Below are positions 11,031 to 21,141 of a stretch of 39,447 nt of DNA, piece after piece. Position 1 is the stretch's first letter. Every line of letters begins with the position of its first letter. A program made the position numbers and the translations under genes. Below the pieces are notes generated by a model that worked only from the letters and a program-made list of their open reading frames with translations, had not been told where the DNA came from and did no database searches. Origin of the DNA: an uncultured bacterium (GTDB lineage Bacteria; Hydrogenedentota; Hydrogenedentia; Hydrogenedentales; JAEUWI01); NCBI GenBank assembly GCA_963977445.1, contig CAXBPH010000028.1, positions 1-39,447 on the forward strand. Direction: 5' to 3'.

Positions 11031-11365
11031 AGCATGGCCCCCCTGGATATCTCCGTGCCATATGGCAAATCCTCTCGATTCCCGACTGTGTCGCTCACTG
11101 GACTGAGCGTCCTCCCTTCAATGTACCCAACTGGAACTAAACTTGCAACTGTCGGGACATACACAACGTGGCGCGGTGTAACCTGAAGGGCAGATTCGTG
11201 GTCTGATGGTGCATGCTGTGCCGTTTATACCGTGCCGGGCGACGGTACCCGGACGTCACGTCACACCGTTGCCTGTGCACCATTTTCGTAAGCCCATGTT
11301 TTGTCCTCCTTGCCCGACGCATGGTATTATGTCGCCTTTAGTTTACAACCCTCGGAGTAGTTAGT

Positions 11366-12712
11366 ATGGCCGCCGACAGTGCCCCCGTCCAAATCGAAAA
11401 CAGAATATCCTCGTTGGACCAATTTCGAGGCTACGCCATTTTTGGCATGCTTCTCGTCAACTTTTTTGGACATTACAAGACCGCGTGGGTCGAAGAGCTG
11501 AATGACTCGTGGCTCAAGAGTACCCTCGACCTGATTTTCCATCAGCAACTGCACCACCACGGCGAATACATGACCTATGCCGATACTATCGCGCCTATTT
11601 TCATGTTCGTGGTCGGTATTGGCATGCGCCTCTCCTGGACACGACGGGTAAAACATGTGGAACCCGGTGCAGCGCGGAAGGCCATGGCAAAGCGGTATTT
11701 CACCCTCGTGCTCATCGCTTTCGCTATTTACAGTGGCTGGCTGTGGGACGCTTTGATGAACATCGGTCTGGCCGGTCTGGTCGCTTTGCTCATTGTGGAT
11801 AAAAAATGGAGCGTGCGTATTGCTTATGCCGTGGGACTGGTCGTTGCCTATCAGCTGATTTTCTCCTTCACCAGCTACGGTGAATGGCTCCTTCGCATGG
11901 GCCAATACGGCAAGGAACTGGAGTATCCCTTCATTACCATGTTCCTGCCCCTGCGGGATGTGCTCCTGGACGTCCGCATTAATGGCGGCCTGATTGGTCA
12001 CTGGAGCTGGGCATTCATGCTTATCTTTGGCACCATCGCCTATGACATTATGGCCACACAAAATCGCCAGAAAATCCTCACCGGCCTCATCGGCTTCGGT
12101 GTGGTGCTGACCATTGCCGGTTTTGGTGCGCGCTATCTGGGCACCACGGCCTACTATGAGAAGGCCGAGCCCTACGCAGCAGCCCGCATGCTCGCAGACG
12201 ACTTTGAACCCGTAAATACCATTGTTGGCAAGAGCCCCGGCATATTCTCGTCTGTCGCAGCAGGCAATCCCGAAGCGGAAGCCGCGCTTGGCAAGCGGGA
12301 TATGAAAGCCTTTGCGGAACTGACCAAGGATAAGCTGACGGTACTCGCTGAAAAAGCGCCAGAAAAAGCCCCCCGCCTGGGTAATGAGTGGGTATTTTCC
12401 AAAAACTACCAGACCATGCCTTTCGCGTTCTGGGCAACCGCACTCTGTCTCTTTCACTTATTGCTCTTTTATGTGATTTGCGACATTCTGAAATGGAATG
12501 TGCCCTGCATGATGGTTATCGGACTGAACCCCCTCTTTATCTACATTTTCCAGTCGCTTACGCTGGATATGCTGTCCAACGTCATCGCTTACCTCGACGT
12601 GAAGAATACAACGAGTGGCACCCTGGTTCTGGGCTCCTTCGTTGCCTACTTCGGCCTGGTCTACGCCATGGCCCACTACATGTATAAACGAAATATCATC
12701 GTAAAACTCTAG
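11366..12712 (+). CDS. Heparan-alpha-glucosaminide N-acetyltransferase-like (HGSNAT/NagX-like) multi-TM protein
   Basis: RISSLDQFRGYAIFGMLLVN, TYADTIAPIFMFVVG, GLNPLFIY and about 10 hydrophobic segments. Confidence 0.78.
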   Translation: MAADSAPVQIENRISSLDQFRGYAIFGMLLVNFFGHYKTAWVEELNDSWLKSTLDLIFHQQLHHHGEYMTYADTIAPIFMFVVGIGMRLSWTRRVKHVEPGAARKAMAKRYFTLVLIAFAIYSGWLWDALMNIGLAGLVALLIVDKKWSVRIAYAVGLVVAYQLIFSFTSYGEWLLRMGQYGKELEYPFITMFLPLRDVLLDVRINGGLIGHWSWAFMLIFGTIAYDIMATQNRQKILTGLIGFGVVLTIAGFGARYLGTTAYYEKAEPYAAARMLADDFEPVNTIVGKSPGIFSSVAAGNPEAEAALGKRDMKAFAELTKDKLTVLAEKAPEKAPRLGNEWVFSKNYQTMPFAFWATALCLFHLLLFYVICDILKWNVPCMMVIGLNPLFIYIFQSLTLDMLSNVIAYLDVKNTTSGTLVLGSFVAYFGLVYAMAHYMYKRNIIVKL

Positions 12713-12748
12713 TCGCCCGAAATTTCGGTCGCCCAGCAAAATAATAAT

Positions 12749-12783
12749 GGCGGACCTGCCACTTGGGCAGGTCCGCCTTTGTT
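12749..12783 (+). terminator. Intrinsic terminator
   Basis: Perfect 12-bp stem GGCGGACCTGCC / GGCAGGTCCGCC followed by TTTGTT. Confidence 0.8.
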
Positions 12784-13182
12784 ACGTATAGGTCCCGGGC
12801 TGCCGCGGTGCCGCCCCCATATCCATGGCATTCCTCAAACAAAGGATGGGATATTCTTATGCGATTGCCTTGGTCTTGTTGTTGTATCGCAGCTGCCCGC
12901 CTCTATAGAATGGGTAGGCTCTCTCCGTCGACCAGAACACGGCAGCATCCATTCGTGGCAATACGAGACCGGGCCACCGATGTATGGTATCGGGACAACC
13001 ACCCGGTGTTTTGGTAGATTGAGCACGCTGAATACGAGACCATGTCGTGCGCCATCACGCCGGTTGCCCGCTGCGTGGGTCGCCCCAGTACACGCAACCG
13101 GCATCGCGCCCGCCGCAAAGATAAATTCTTAACGGCTTGTCATATTTAACAGTATTGACGTCGAACTTTACGCATCCACGCT

Positions 13183-13211
13183 TTGATTGCTTTACGATTC
13201 CATGCTAAACT
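13183..13211 (+). promoter_or_regulatory. Candidate sigma-70 promoter for the PilT/PilU-like gene
   Basis: TTGATT-17 nt-TAAACT with an extended -10 TG. Confidence 0.45.
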
Positions 13212-13268
13212 TCCACCCCGTACCCTCAGTCGTGCCTGGCAAGCACAAGCCCGTTTTTTGAAAGGTCC

Positions 13269-14759
13269 ATGATGTTCATTGGTAGTAAGACGGACAGCAC
13301 GGTTTTCGATGTCTTTAAAATTGGATTGGCGTCGTTGATTCGGCAGATGGGCATGCCCACTGTATTCAAGTTCTCCACGGATATCGCCGTCATGTCGGCC
13401 CGGGCTGCGGACGTCAACAAACGCGTCGACTATCTTCAGATCAAGTTCAAGGTCAAAGAAGATGCGACCCTGGAAGCGATCAAAGCGAAGATTGAAGAAA
13501 CCCGCATTCAGTGCCATGTCGATTTGAAGGAGGGTAAATGTTCTATTACCGTGCCCCCCTTCGAGCTGAGTCAGGTACCCCGCCTCGCGTCTATCGACAG
13601 CGTGGTAGAGGCGTTCATCGTCAGCAGCCTTCGCTCGATGACATGGACACTCACACCGGAAACCTTCGTTAAGTCCGATTTCAACATCAACATGTTGATC
13701 GAGACCATGGAGAAAATCGGCGCATCCGATCTTCACCTTCGTGCCGGTAACCGACCCTATATCCGCCTCGATGGTGATCTCACAGCCATGGACTACAGTG
13801 TCGTGTCGGCCGACGACATGAGGCGCATCATCCTGGAGCTCGGCGGCGAGGCAGAGCTTAATCTCCTGCAGACCGAAAAAGAATCCAGCTTTCAGTATCA
13901 CGCGGCGGGTGTGGGCTATCTCCGTTGCTCCGGCTATATCAAGACCGGTGCCATGGCGCTCGCTATTCGCTTAATCCCGGAAGCGCCCATCCCACTCGCC
14001 AAACTGGATCTGCCACCCATCGTGGAGAAAATGTGCTGGAAACATCGTGGTCTCTTTCTGGTATGTGGTATTACGGGTAGTGGTAAATCCACGACGCTGG
14101 CGGCCATGGTGGACTACATCAATGAAAATCGCCAGACCCACATTATCACCACAGAAGACCCCATCGAATTCGTGTATACGGATAAAAAGAGTATCATTTC
14201 CCAGCGTATGGTGGGCCGCGATACCTTTTCCTTCGCCAATGCTCTTCGCGGCGCGTTGCGTGAAGATCCCGACGTAATTCTCGTGGGCGAAATGCGCGAC
14301 GTAGACACGATTCGCGCTGCGCTGAGTGCGGCTGAAACGGGTCACATGGTGTTCAGTACCCTGCACACGACCACCGCCATCGATACGGTCAACCGTATTA
14401 TCAGTTACTTCCCGCCGAGCGAACGAGACCTGGTACGCCAGGAGGTGGCCTACACGCTGATGGCGGTCGTATGTCAGCGCCTGCTCAAGCGTAAGGGTGG
14501 CGGCCGTATTCCCTGTGTGGAAATTCTCATCGGCGGACGGCCCATCGTTCGTGACGCTATTGAAGAGGGCGATCTGGACAAGCTTCACGGCATCATGGAG
14601 CAGGACAGCGAAATGCAATCCTTCGACCAATACGCCGTGGAATTGTATAAGCAAGACATTGTAGAGCGTTCCGAAGCCATCTCCGCCTGCGCCGATGTGG
14701 AAGCCTTTGAGCGGGTCATGTCGGGCATCATGTCATCCAGCGGCAAACTGCTGAAATAA
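13269..14759 (+). CDS. PilT/PilU family retraction ATPase with an N-terminal extension
   Basis: GASDLHL, CGITGSGKSTT, TEDPIE, ALREDPDVILVGEMRD, AETGHMVFSTLHT. Start uncertain (13269, 13347 or 13353). Confidence 0.9.
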   Translation: MMFIGSKTDSTVFDVFKIGLASLIRQMGMPTVFKFSTDIAVMSARAADVNKRVDYLQIKFKVKEDATLEAIKAKIEETRIQCHVDLKEGKCSITVPPFELSQVPRLASIDSVVEAFIVSSLRSMTWTLTPETFVKSDFNINMLIETMEKIGASDLHLRAGNRPYIRLDGDLTAMDYSVVSADDMRRIILELGGEAELNLLQTEKESSFQYHAAGVGYLRCSGYIKTGAMALAIRLIPEAPIPLAKLDLPPIVEKMCWKHRGLFLVCGITGSGKSTTLAAMVDYINENRQTHIITTEDPIEFVYTDKKSIISQRMVGRDTFSFANALRGALREDPDVILVGEMRDVDTIRAALSAAETGHMVFSTLHTTTAIDTVNRIISYFPPSERDLVRQEVAYTLMAVVCQRLLKRKGGGRIPCVEILIGGRPIVRDAIEEGDLDKLHGIMEQDSEMQSFDQYAVELYKQDIVERSEAISACADVEAFERVMSGIMSSSGKLLK

Positions 14760-14775
14760 TACCCCAGACTATCCC

Positions 14776-14811
14776 ATGCGGTGGCCCAGTCAACGGGCTA
14801 CCGCATTTTTT
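14776..14811 (+). terminator. Intrinsic terminator between convergent genes
   Basis: ATGCGGTGGCCC / GGGCTACCGCAT stem followed by a T tract. Confidence 0.78.
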
Positions 14812-14820
14812 GTGCCTGTC

Positions 14821-17800
14821 CTATTCCAGGTACCCCAGGGATTCCAATTGTCCCGCGGTTTCCGCATCGAGCACCGTGGGCACCGTGGGTTCGATGGCGT
14901 TTTCCTCGCAAATCGTCAGATACCCTTCGATGGCCTCATCGAGCTGGGTCTGGGTCGCCACCACCCCTTCGTCACCGGCTAAATTTGTCTGCTCTCCCGG
15001 ATCTTCGGACACATTGAAAAAGGACGTAACCGGTAGCTCTCGCGGATTGTCTGCATTGGCCCGAATCAATTTGTGGGTTCCGGTGCGAATGGACTGAAGT
15101 ACGATACCTTCAAAGTTATTTTCGGCATAGCTGTAGTCGATGGTCTGATTGCTTGGATTCCAATCGCTATCGAACAACGATTGGCCCTGCATCATGGCAC
15201 CCTTTTCCAGCCCTGCAGCCTGCAACAGGGTCGGTGCGATATCGAGGTTACGTGCCAGGCTTGTATTCACCTCTGAACCCCGAAGATTGCCCGGAAGCTT
15301 CACCGCGAAGGGGATGTGGGTCTGTTCTTCATACAAGGTCTGGCCATGCCACCAACCGCCATGCTCTTGAAACTCTTCTCCATGGTCCGCCGTAAGGATA
15401 ATCAGGGCATCATCATAAAGGCCCCGTTCTTTCAAACCCTCAAAGAACTTGCCCAGTTCCCGATCGAGATATTCTATTTCGCCCATGTAGGCCTGGCGCA
15501 TACCGTCGAGGTGAATCGCGGGGTCGGGGTTACCCATGCGCTTCCGCCCGTAGCCACCACCCGGTGCTTCTGGGGCCATGAACGGGTCGTGGGGGTCCAT
15601 GAAGTGGGTAAACAAGAAATAGGGCCGGTCGGCGGGAACGCTGTCGCTGTCGAGCCAGGCAAGCACCGTGTCTTTCACGGCGGCCGCCGGCTGATAGTAG
15701 TCCGTCACCTGAATAGCCCGTCCGAGTCGCTTGTTGGCCACCTCACGGACCTTCAGGAGCACTTCATACATGGATAGCATGGCCGCAGACGGGGTCGCCC
15801 CGAAGTGAAGGGCCTTCTTCATGTCCACATACTGATTGAAACCCTGATCGTAACCGAATACGGAAGTAATGTTCGGATTGTTGGCGTAGCCCTGGGTGTA
15901 GTAGCCCCCCGCCCGCAACAGCTCCGCCACCGTCTCTACATCGCCCGGCAGGCTGGCCGTTTTCGTCACCGCCGTGTGGCACTCGGGATACATCCCGGAA
16001 AAAATAGAGCCAAAAGAGGCTTTGGTCCAGGATGCCTGCGAAAACCCGTGTTCGAAGCGTACGGCGTCGGTGAAAAACTCGTCTATGTGGGGCGTCTTCG
16101 TTTCGATCGCGCCATTGTAGGCCGGAAGATAATCCGCCCGCAGGGTATCGACCGCAATCAGAATGAGATTGGGGCCCGTGGCCGCGTCCACTGATTCCGC
16201 GATGGTCGGCTCGGATACGGGGCGGTAGCTGGTCTTGAGTAGCTGGGCCGGAATGAAAAACAGGCCATAGGCTACTACGCCGGCTACGATAAGGGTTCCT
16301 GGTTTACCCCACGACCTGCGTCCCAAGGCGCGTGCAATACCCAGTAGAAGTACGCCACCGACCAGAGCCACCACGCCCACAAAAAGTGCCAGAGATAGCA
16401 GACCGCTGCTGTCGGGCATGTGGCCGTCGTAAACATCACGACGAAGTCGAAAAAGACCAATGACCAGCCCGCCCACGATAGTCGTCCCCACAAAGGACAG
16501 GGCATAGGTCCACCAGAGGGGGGCAAATCGGTTGAAAAGCAGATAGAGGAACAAGAGGCCAAAGGCCACCCCTTTTCCTACGGCACCGAAAATCAGCCCA
16601 TAGACCACCACCGACCAGACGAATATCCCTGTGTCGGGAAGGGTACCGAGGGCATTTCCAATCCAGCCGCTTTCTACCAGCCCAATGAGCGCACCTGCAA
16701 TCATGCCCGCCATCGTACCGGCCGTTAAGGTGCCCAATACCTTGGGGCGATAGAAGGCCAACTCCTCTTGGGTGAGGTGCAGTGCCGATTCATTGCCCGT
16801 ACCAACTTTCGCCCGAACCTCAGCAATGTCTTCCAGGAGCTCGTCTCGGTTGGGCCGCCCGGTAAGGAGCAGCAGGGGGATACTCAACACAAACGGTATG
16901 ACTTCGCCAAACCACAATCCCAGGTGACCAAAAAGCAGCGCCTTGGAACTGCCTGCGGTACCCCCAAGCAATGTCACCATGACCATTTCACGAACACCAA
17001 CGCCACTGACGGTAGGCGCAAAAACGGAACCCACGATCAACAACGGGCTGGCAAAGAGGATTTCGAGGATTCCTGTATTCTCGGCGCGAATGGCCGAGGC
17101 GGTGCCAAAATACATGAGGCAGATAGCCAAATGTACACACAGCCCGAAAAACAGTGCCTTAAACAGGGCTCCCCGGTGTGCGCTATAGGCCGTCGCGGCA
17201 ATACCGAGTTTGTTCACTTTGGTGCGAACGGAATTCGGCACCGGCAGGGAAGCCATGAATATCTGGATGACCCGGGGCTGCAACAGGAGTAAGAGACTCA
17301 CCCCAATAAAGGTTGCCAACACACACAAGACCAAAGCGAGGATCACCAGATTAAAATCGAATAGTCGTAGTCCCAACGGCAGCGTGATAAAGACCAGCGA
17401 AAAAAGAGCAATAATGCCGGTTAGCTTTTCGACGGCAATGACCGTAGCACAGCGGATCGGTTCTCCGGTGTGGCGGGCGGACTCGACCAGCCGGTAGCCA
17501 TCCAGCCCGAGGGTGCCGGGCAGGAAGAGCCCGATGGCCCGCCCCCAGAACCAGCACTTGGTCAAATACCAGAAGGGAATATGAACACCCTGGGCCCGGA
17601 GCAGAATCCGCCACCGGGTAACGCCCGCAAAAATCCCCGCCAACTTTATTACCACTGCAAAAGAGAACCAGAACGCGGCGGTTTTCGGATCAATCGACTT
17701 GAGGTCGTGAAACAGTTTTCCCGGCGTTATATCCTTAAACAGATCGGGGCGAAACCCGAAGGTCTCGGGGCGAAACAACAGCACAAACAGGGAGGTGATA

Positions 17801-17871
17801 AAGGCTAACTTGGCGCTGAAAAAGAGAACGCTCTTCCAGTGATCCCGCAGCCAGACAAACATGGATTTCAT
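14821..17871 (-). CDS. Fusion: UPF0104 / lysylphosphatidylglycerol-synthase-TM (flippase-like) domain + further TM helices + sulfatase-like (alkaline phosphatase superfamily) domain
   Basis: N-terminal RWRILL..FLPGTLGLDGYR..SGVGVRE motifs. C-terminal PNLILIAVDTLRAD, TPHID, SWTKAS, HFMDPHDP, ADHGEEF, LDIAPTLL. Confidence 0.82.
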   Translation of the reverse strand: MKSMFVWLRDHWKSVLFFSAKLAFITSLFVLLFRPETFGFRPDLFKDITPGKLFHDLKSIDPKTAAFWFSFAVVIKLAGIFAGVTRWRILLRAQGVHIPFWYLTKCWFWGRAIGLFLPGTLGLDGYRLVESARHTGEPIRCATVIAVEKLTGIIALFSLVFITLPLGLRLFDFNLVILALVLCVLATFIGVSLLLLLQPRVIQIFMASLPVPNSVRTKVNKLGIAATAYSAHRGALFKALFFGLCVHLAICLMYFGTASAIRAENTGILEILFASPLLIVGSVFAPTVSGVGVREMVMVTLLGGTAGSSKALLFGHLGLWFGEVIPFVLSIPLLLLTGRPNRDELLEDIAEVRAKVGTGNESALHLTQEELAFYRPKVLGTLTAGTMAGMIAGALIGLVESGWIGNALGTLPDTGIFVWSVVVYGLIFGAVGKGVAFGLLFLYLLFNRFAPLWWTYALSFVGTTIVGGLVIGLFRLRRDVYDGHMPDSSGLLSLALFVGVVALVGGVLLLGIARALGRRSWGKPGTLIVAGVVAYGLFFIPAQLLKTSYRPVSEPTIAESVDAATGPNLILIAVDTLRADYLPAYNGAIETKTPHIDEFFTDAVRFEHGFSQASWTKASFGSIFSGMYPECHTAVTKTASLPGDVETVAELLRAGGYYTQGYANNPNITSVFGYDQGFNQYVDMKKALHFGATPSAAMLSMYEVLLKVREVANKRLGRAIQVTDYYQPAAAVKDTVLAWLDSDSVPADRPYFLFTHFMDPHDPFMAPEAPGGGYGRKRMGNPDPAIHLDGMRQAYMGEIEYLDRELGKFFEGLKERGLYDDALIILTADHGEEFQEHGGWWHGQTLYEEQTHIPFAVKLPGNLRGSEVNTSLARNLDIAPTLLQAAGLEKGAMMQGQSLFDSDWNPSNQTIDYSYAENNFEGIVLQSIRTGTHKLIRANADNPRELPVTSFFNVSEDPGEQTNLAGDEGVVATQTQLDEAIEGYLTICEENAIEPTVPTVLDAETAGQLESLGYLE

Positions 17872-18090
17872 GGTACGCTCGATTCAAGAAACAGGTAAGA
17901 TTATCCGTCGGTTGAACCTGAAAGGGTAGCATACAAAGCGCGCGAAAGGACAGTTGCGAGGTCATCAATTACGAGAGACTACCGCCCCTCGACGCCGATA
18001 CTGCTCCATGGATTGCTGCGTGGGTCATGATATGAGTTTCTGTCATGTACGGAGTTCCAGGGAATTTCATCGCCCCGTCCATGCCATCCC

Positions 18091-19488
18091 TTAGCCTTCC
18101 AGATCGTATTTCTGCAGCCGGTAGCGGAGGGAGCGTGCCGTCAGACCCAGCAGACTTGCCGCGCGCTTCTGAGAATAGCGCCCTTTTTCCAGGGCCTGTT
18201 GAATCAGATCGATCTCCAGATCGGCGATCAACTGCTCCATGTCCATCCCGCCATCGGGCACCACCGCCGCCAAGGGCGATGAAGCTACATCCCGGTCGGG
18301 CTGGTAACTGGACAGGTTTTCCGGCAGGTCATCGAGGCCAATCTGATTGTCCAGGCACAAGGCAAGCGCCCGTTCCATTACATTGCCAAGTTCACGAACG
18401 TTCCCAGGCCAATTGTAACGATTCAAAGCCGTCTGTGCCTCGGCCGATATTTCGAGGTCTTCCCGTCCCATCTTCCGTGCATGGTGTTTTACGAAGTGAC
18501 GGCACAGCAGGGGAATATCATCTTTACGATCCCGCAGCGGCGGCACCGTAATCGGAATCACGTTCAGGCGATAAAAGAGATCGCTGCGAAAGGTGCCTTC
18601 CTCGGCCATCTTCTCCAGGTCACGGTTGGTCGCCGATACAAGGCGCACATCCACCTTGATGTCCGTGGTACTGCCCACCGGCGTTACGGTGTTGTTATCC
18701 AGCACGCGGAGCAATTTCACCTGCAACATGAGTGGCATTTCGCCGATTTCATCGAGAAAAATGGTGCCCCCATTGGCCACGACAAAGAGACCTTCTTTAT
18801 CATCGGTTGCACCGGTAAAGGACCCTTTCTTGTGACCAAAGAGTTCGCTTTCCAGGAGGTTTTCGGGAATACCGCCGCAATTTATTGCCACAAAAGGCTT
18901 ATTCGCGCGGTTACTCAGATTGTGCAGCGCCCGGGCCACCAACTCCTTACCCGCACCACTTTCTCCGTGCACGGCGACCGTGCTGGGCAGGGCGGCAACG
19001 CGCCGAATCATTTTCATCACACTTTGAAAGGCCGGACTCTTGCCAATCATGTTGTCGATGTCGCCCTGTCGGGCCTGCTCTTTACGGAGTGCTATATTCT
19101 CCCGAAGCAAGTTGCGCTGGGCTATTGCGCGCTCAATCAGGATACGAATTTCATCGTTCTTGAAGGGCTTCATGATGTAGTCAGCCGCGCCGCGTTTCAT
19201 GGCCTCGATGGCCGTTTCCACCGAGCCGTGGGCCGTCATCATGATGGCCGGCGTACCGGGTGAATTGGCTTCAATCCAGCTCAAGAGCTTCATACCGGCA
19301 TTGCGGTCCTGCCCCATGTGCAAATCGGTCAACACCACATCGTAGTGCGTTGCTTCGAGCAGCTCACAGGCATTGGCCACATCATTGGCCGTTGCGACGT
19401 CATACCCGTCGTTTTGCAACACGATCTCGAGGAGTTCGCGCATACTTAATTCATCGTCCACTACCAGGACTTGCTGTTTCATCGACAC
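18091..19488 (-). CDS. pilR: Sigma-54-dependent response regulator PilR (REC-AAA+-HTH)
   Basis: VLVVDDE, GESGAGKE, ESELFGHKKGSFTGA, FLDEIGE, WPGNVREL and a Fis-type HTH. Directly downstream of the pilS-like kinase in the pilB-pilT cluster. Confidence 0.85.
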   Translation of the reverse strand: MSMKQQVLVVDDELSMRELLEIVLQNDGYDVATANDVANACELLEATHYDVVLTDLHMGQDRNAGMKLLSWIEANSPGTPAIMMTAHGSVETAIEAMKRGAADYIMKPFKNDEIRILIERAIAQRNLLRENIALRKEQARQGDIDNMIGKSPAFQSVMKMIRRVAALPSTVAVHGESGAGKELVARALHNLSNRANKPFVAINCGGIPENLLESELFGHKKGSFTGATDDKEGLFVVANGGTIFLDEIGEMPLMLQVKLLRVLDNNTVTPVGSTTDIKVDVRLVSATNRDLEKMAEEGTFRSDLFYRLNVIPITVPPLRDRKDDIPLLCRHFVKHHARKMGREDLEISAEAQTALNRYNWPGNVRELGNVMERALALCLDNQIGLDDLPENLSSYQPDRDVASSPLAAVVPDGGMDMEQLIADLEIDLIQQALEKGRYSQKRAASLLGLTARSLRYRLQKYDLEG

Positions 19489-19491
19489 CGC

Positions 19492-21141
19492 TTACGGCCT
19501 CCTTGTAGGGTCGCTGTACGCTTCGGCTGTTTCCCGGGCCTGGGGCAGGCGCACACTCATCGAGGTGCCACCGCCAGGACGAGACGCCGCCTGAATGGTT
19601 CCGTCGTGGGCCGTAATCATGCGCATGCAAATGGCAAGTCCCATACCCACACCCCGGGCTTTTTCGGTATAAAAAGGCTCAAATATCTTGGCCACTTTGT
19701 CGGGCGAAATACCCGGACCGTTGTCATTAAAGCATATTTCCATGGGGCCACGACCATCATTGTGATCCAACGTAATTTCGAGGATTCCATCTCCGGCCAT
19801 GGCTTCGATCGCATTCTGGCCCAGATTGGTAAAGACCTGCCATATTTGGGTCTTATCCCCCGTGACCAGACAGGGCTCATCGGGCGTCCGGAGCGTTATA
19901 GTCAGATCACCTTCAGCGCCATACTTCCGGCGAAGTTGCTCGTCCACTTCCCGCGCCACGTCCCTAATATCAAACAAGGCATATCGTCGACTCGGGTCGC
20001 GGGCGAAATCAAGAAACCCCGTTACGATCTCATTCAGGTGGTCCGATTCCCGGACGGCAATCGCCGCCAGACGAGACACCAAATCGGGCGAATCTATATT
20101 GCGTTGCATCTCGTCCATGCTGCCGCGAATCGACGCAACCGGATTTCTAATTTCGTGGGCAAGGCCAGCGGAAAGCTCTCCGATAACCGCCATGCGATCC
20201 TGCTGTTGCAATTCCTTGCGCATCCGGGCCATTTCCGTAAGATCGGTAAAGGACGCAATGAGTCCCGTGAGATGACCGTGAACATCCCGAATCCGGTTGG
20301 TGGTAAGGCCGAGCAGCTTGGAGGAATCAACACCAATCTGCGTATAAAATTCGTAGCTCGTAAAATCTTTTTTCAGGCGCAGGGCCGTCGTCACCGGGCA
20401 CTCGGCGCCCGACTCGGGGACGATGATGCCATCCACATGGCGACCGGCCACGTTGGCTTCCACCAGATTCAGGATGCCACAGGCGGCCTTGTTCATGGCC
20501 ACGACAAGACCCTTGGCGTCGGTTATGAGAAAGCCGCTGTTCATGTTATCCAGGATTTCCCGCTGGAACTGCTTCATCCGACTGACGCGCTGATTCCAAT
20601 AGCCGCTGATAAAGGCGGTGAAGAAAAAGGCCAATCCCTGGATGAGATAGTGGTACCAATGGGCGAGCTGGTCGTTCGCCTGCGGTGCAGTAATGAACAC
20701 CTGATAGAACATATACAGGGAGGCCATCGTTGCAAAGACAAAGCCCTGCAACAGCCCCATGAGCACACCGGCTTCGAGGATAACGATTACCAGCAGGAAC
20801 GTAAAAAAGCTGGTGTGCCCCCCCGTATAACTGATCGTGGCGGCAACCACGCCAAAATCCACCAGCACCTGGGTCCAGGTGAGAATGGCCGGCACCGAGT
20901 TGTCCCGCTTTAGAACAATTAAGTACCACATGCTGCTGGCAAATGCAGACGCGTAAATTGCCGTAAGCAGGTGACGAAAGGCCTCTTCCTCATCCGCGAC
21001 CAATTGGGCACCAATGGCCACCACGACAAGCATGCCGATGCGGGCCAGCCCCACAAACCACAGCCATGTCGACGGCCCATCATAAGACGGCCGCAGGTAA
21101 TCAAGAATCGTCGTTGTCTGTTGAAGGAGACGTCGGATCAC
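19492..21141 (-). CDS. pilS: Sensor histidine kinase PilS (TM-PAS-HisKA-HATPase)
   Basis: About 6 N-terminal TM helices, PAS, LAHEIRNP, NLGQNA, DNGPG, GVGMGLAI. Start overlaps the pilT stop. Confidence 0.83.
   Translation of the reverse strand: MIRRLLQQTTTILDYLRPSYDGPSTWLWFVGLARIGMLVVVAIGAQLVADEEEAFRHLLTAIYASAFASSMWYLIVLKRDNSVPAILTWTQVLVDFGVVAATISYTGGHTSFFTFLLVIVILEAGVLMGLLQGFVFATMASLYMFYQVFITAPQANDQLAHWYHYLIQGLAFFFTAFISGYWNQRVSRMKQFQREILDNMNSGFLITDAKGLVVAMNKAACGILNLVEANVAGRHVDGIIVPESGAECPVTTALRLKKDFTSYEFYTQIGVDSSKLLGLTTNRIRDVHGHLTGLIASFTDLTEMARMRKELQQQDRMAVIGELSAGLAHEIRNPVASIRGSMDEMQRNIDSPDLVSRLAAIAVRESDHLNEIVTGFLDFARDPSRRYALFDIRDVAREVDEQLRRKYGAEGDLTITLRTPDEPCLVTGDKTQIWQVFTNLGQNAIEAMAGDGILEITLDHNDGRGPMEICFNDNGPGISPDKVAKIFEPFYTEKARGVGMGLAICMRMITAHDGTIQAASRPGGGTSMSVRLPQARETAEAYSDPTRRP

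Noticed and set aside
11794..11802. Perfect DnaA box TGTGGATAA (and an 8/9 match TTATCCACC near 3755)
   Set aside because: Isolated sites, the perfect one inside a CDS and far from the DnaA-like gene, which lacks the box-binding domain anyway.
12763..13132. Several short overlapping ORFs between the terminator and the PilT-like gene
   Set aside because: No RBS or motif support; composition looks non-coding.
19471..20913. 480-aa plus-strand ORF and similar long antisense ORFs (e.g. 4723-5451, 10344-11186, 11327-12457, 18481-19263, 21066-21827)
   Set aside because: Shadows of well-supported genes on the opposite strand, expected at high GC; no motifs of their own.
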